Under the pieces are notes generated by a model that was given only the letters and a program-made list of their open reading frames with translations, made no database searches and was not told the DNA's origin. A DNA stretch of 64,000 nucleotides from Lama guanicoe (taxonomy: Eukaryota): contig MU053493.1 of assembly GCA_013239625.1 (NCBI GenBank), forward strand, positions 1,311,793 to 1,375,792, read 5' to 3'. Position 1 is the first letter of the stretch. Every line of letters begins with the position of its first letter. A program made the position numbers and the translations under genes. Shown here in pieces: positions 63,076 through 64,000 of this stretch.

Positions 63076-63767
63076 AGGAAAACAGGAGTCATATCAGTTA
63101 TTTTAACAGAGAGAATTCAATCTGGGGACTTGGTTGAACAGGCATCAAAAAATGAAAACTACCAAAAGGGCAAAGCCCAGAGGCCAGGTGGTGACTAGCT
63201 CCAAGCGTAAGGATAGGGACTCAGGGCTGGACGCAGACCCCTGAGGACGTGGGGGTGGCTGGTGTCTCTGATGGTGACACTGTTCTGCAGGACCTTCTGC
63301 GTAGGGAAAAATGTAATCAGAACAAACAGCAGCTGTCAAGTGGAGAGCTGTTGCCAGGACAACACTGACAGGGACTAGAAGCCAAAGGAAAGAACAAGTC
63401 CCGTGAGCACGTGCGCACCTGTAGGAACATGTGCTTGTGTGTACTATGCACGTGTTGCCTGTGTGCGCACACACACATGCATGCCAAACACAGAGGAAAA
63501 TAAGATGTGAACTCTCTGCCAAATCGCAGTGTCTATAACTGGACCGAGGACCATGGTTGATATTCCTAACTTCCTTCTTCCAGAAACACCCTGCTTTCCT
63601 GTGCCCCCAGCCAGAACCTCAGCTTGTCGGGATCCTTCCCCTTCTGATGAAAGAGCCCACACTTTCACTCCTGAAGGGTCTGCAGCATCACAAGCCCTCT
63701 GTTGGATGCTGTGGTTCACTGTTGAATTTGACTTGGGGGCATGGGTGTAATTAAAGGCACCCCAAAG

Positions 63768-63920
63768 AAGGAGAGGATACCGCTCAGTGGTAGAGCGCAT
63801 GCTTACCATGCATGAGGTCCTGGGTTCAATCCCCAGTCCCTCCATTAAAAATAAATTAAAATGAATAAGTAAGTGAATAAGTAAACCTAATTACCTCCTC
63901 CCAAAACAAACAAAAAGAAC
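63768..63920 (+). mobile_element. tRNA-Ala-derived SINE (Vic-1-like)
   Basis: gctcagtggtagagcgcatgctt...gggttcaatccccag; tail with aaacctaattacctcc. Confidence 0.88.
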
Positions 63921-64000
63921 TACTGCTCCCCAAGACCAAATGTGGAAATAAAATACATTCAGATTTCAAGGAAAATAATTTTTTTAAAAAGGCACTCTAA

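Overview
Mammalian genomic DNA, very probably camelid: it carries many tRNA-Ala-derived Vic-1-type SINEs. The window holds the 3' part of the deubiquitinase gene OTUD7A (Cezanne-2) on the + strand. Nine coding exons were reconstructed by hand, all with GT-AG boundaries and consistent phases, with intact OTU catalytic Asp/Cys/His and the C-terminal A20 zinc finger (stop at 53897-53899). A probable ~7.9-kb 3' UTR ends near the AATAAA at 61745. The 5' exons lie outside the window. Introns are filled with L1, L2, LTR (MaLR/ERVL/ERV1), MER58-like, Tigger1-like and SINE remnants. The standout anomaly is a head-to-tail ~2-kb duplication (3036-5164 / 5166-7139) giving two identical, splice-competent copies of a frame-preserving 219-nt OTUD7A exon. 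It is either a real exon duplication or a false haplotype duplication in the assembly. Nearly all entries in the ORF track are spurious. I found no convincing evidence of a novel multi-gene system. Repeat family names and human comparisons are from recall, not database searches.
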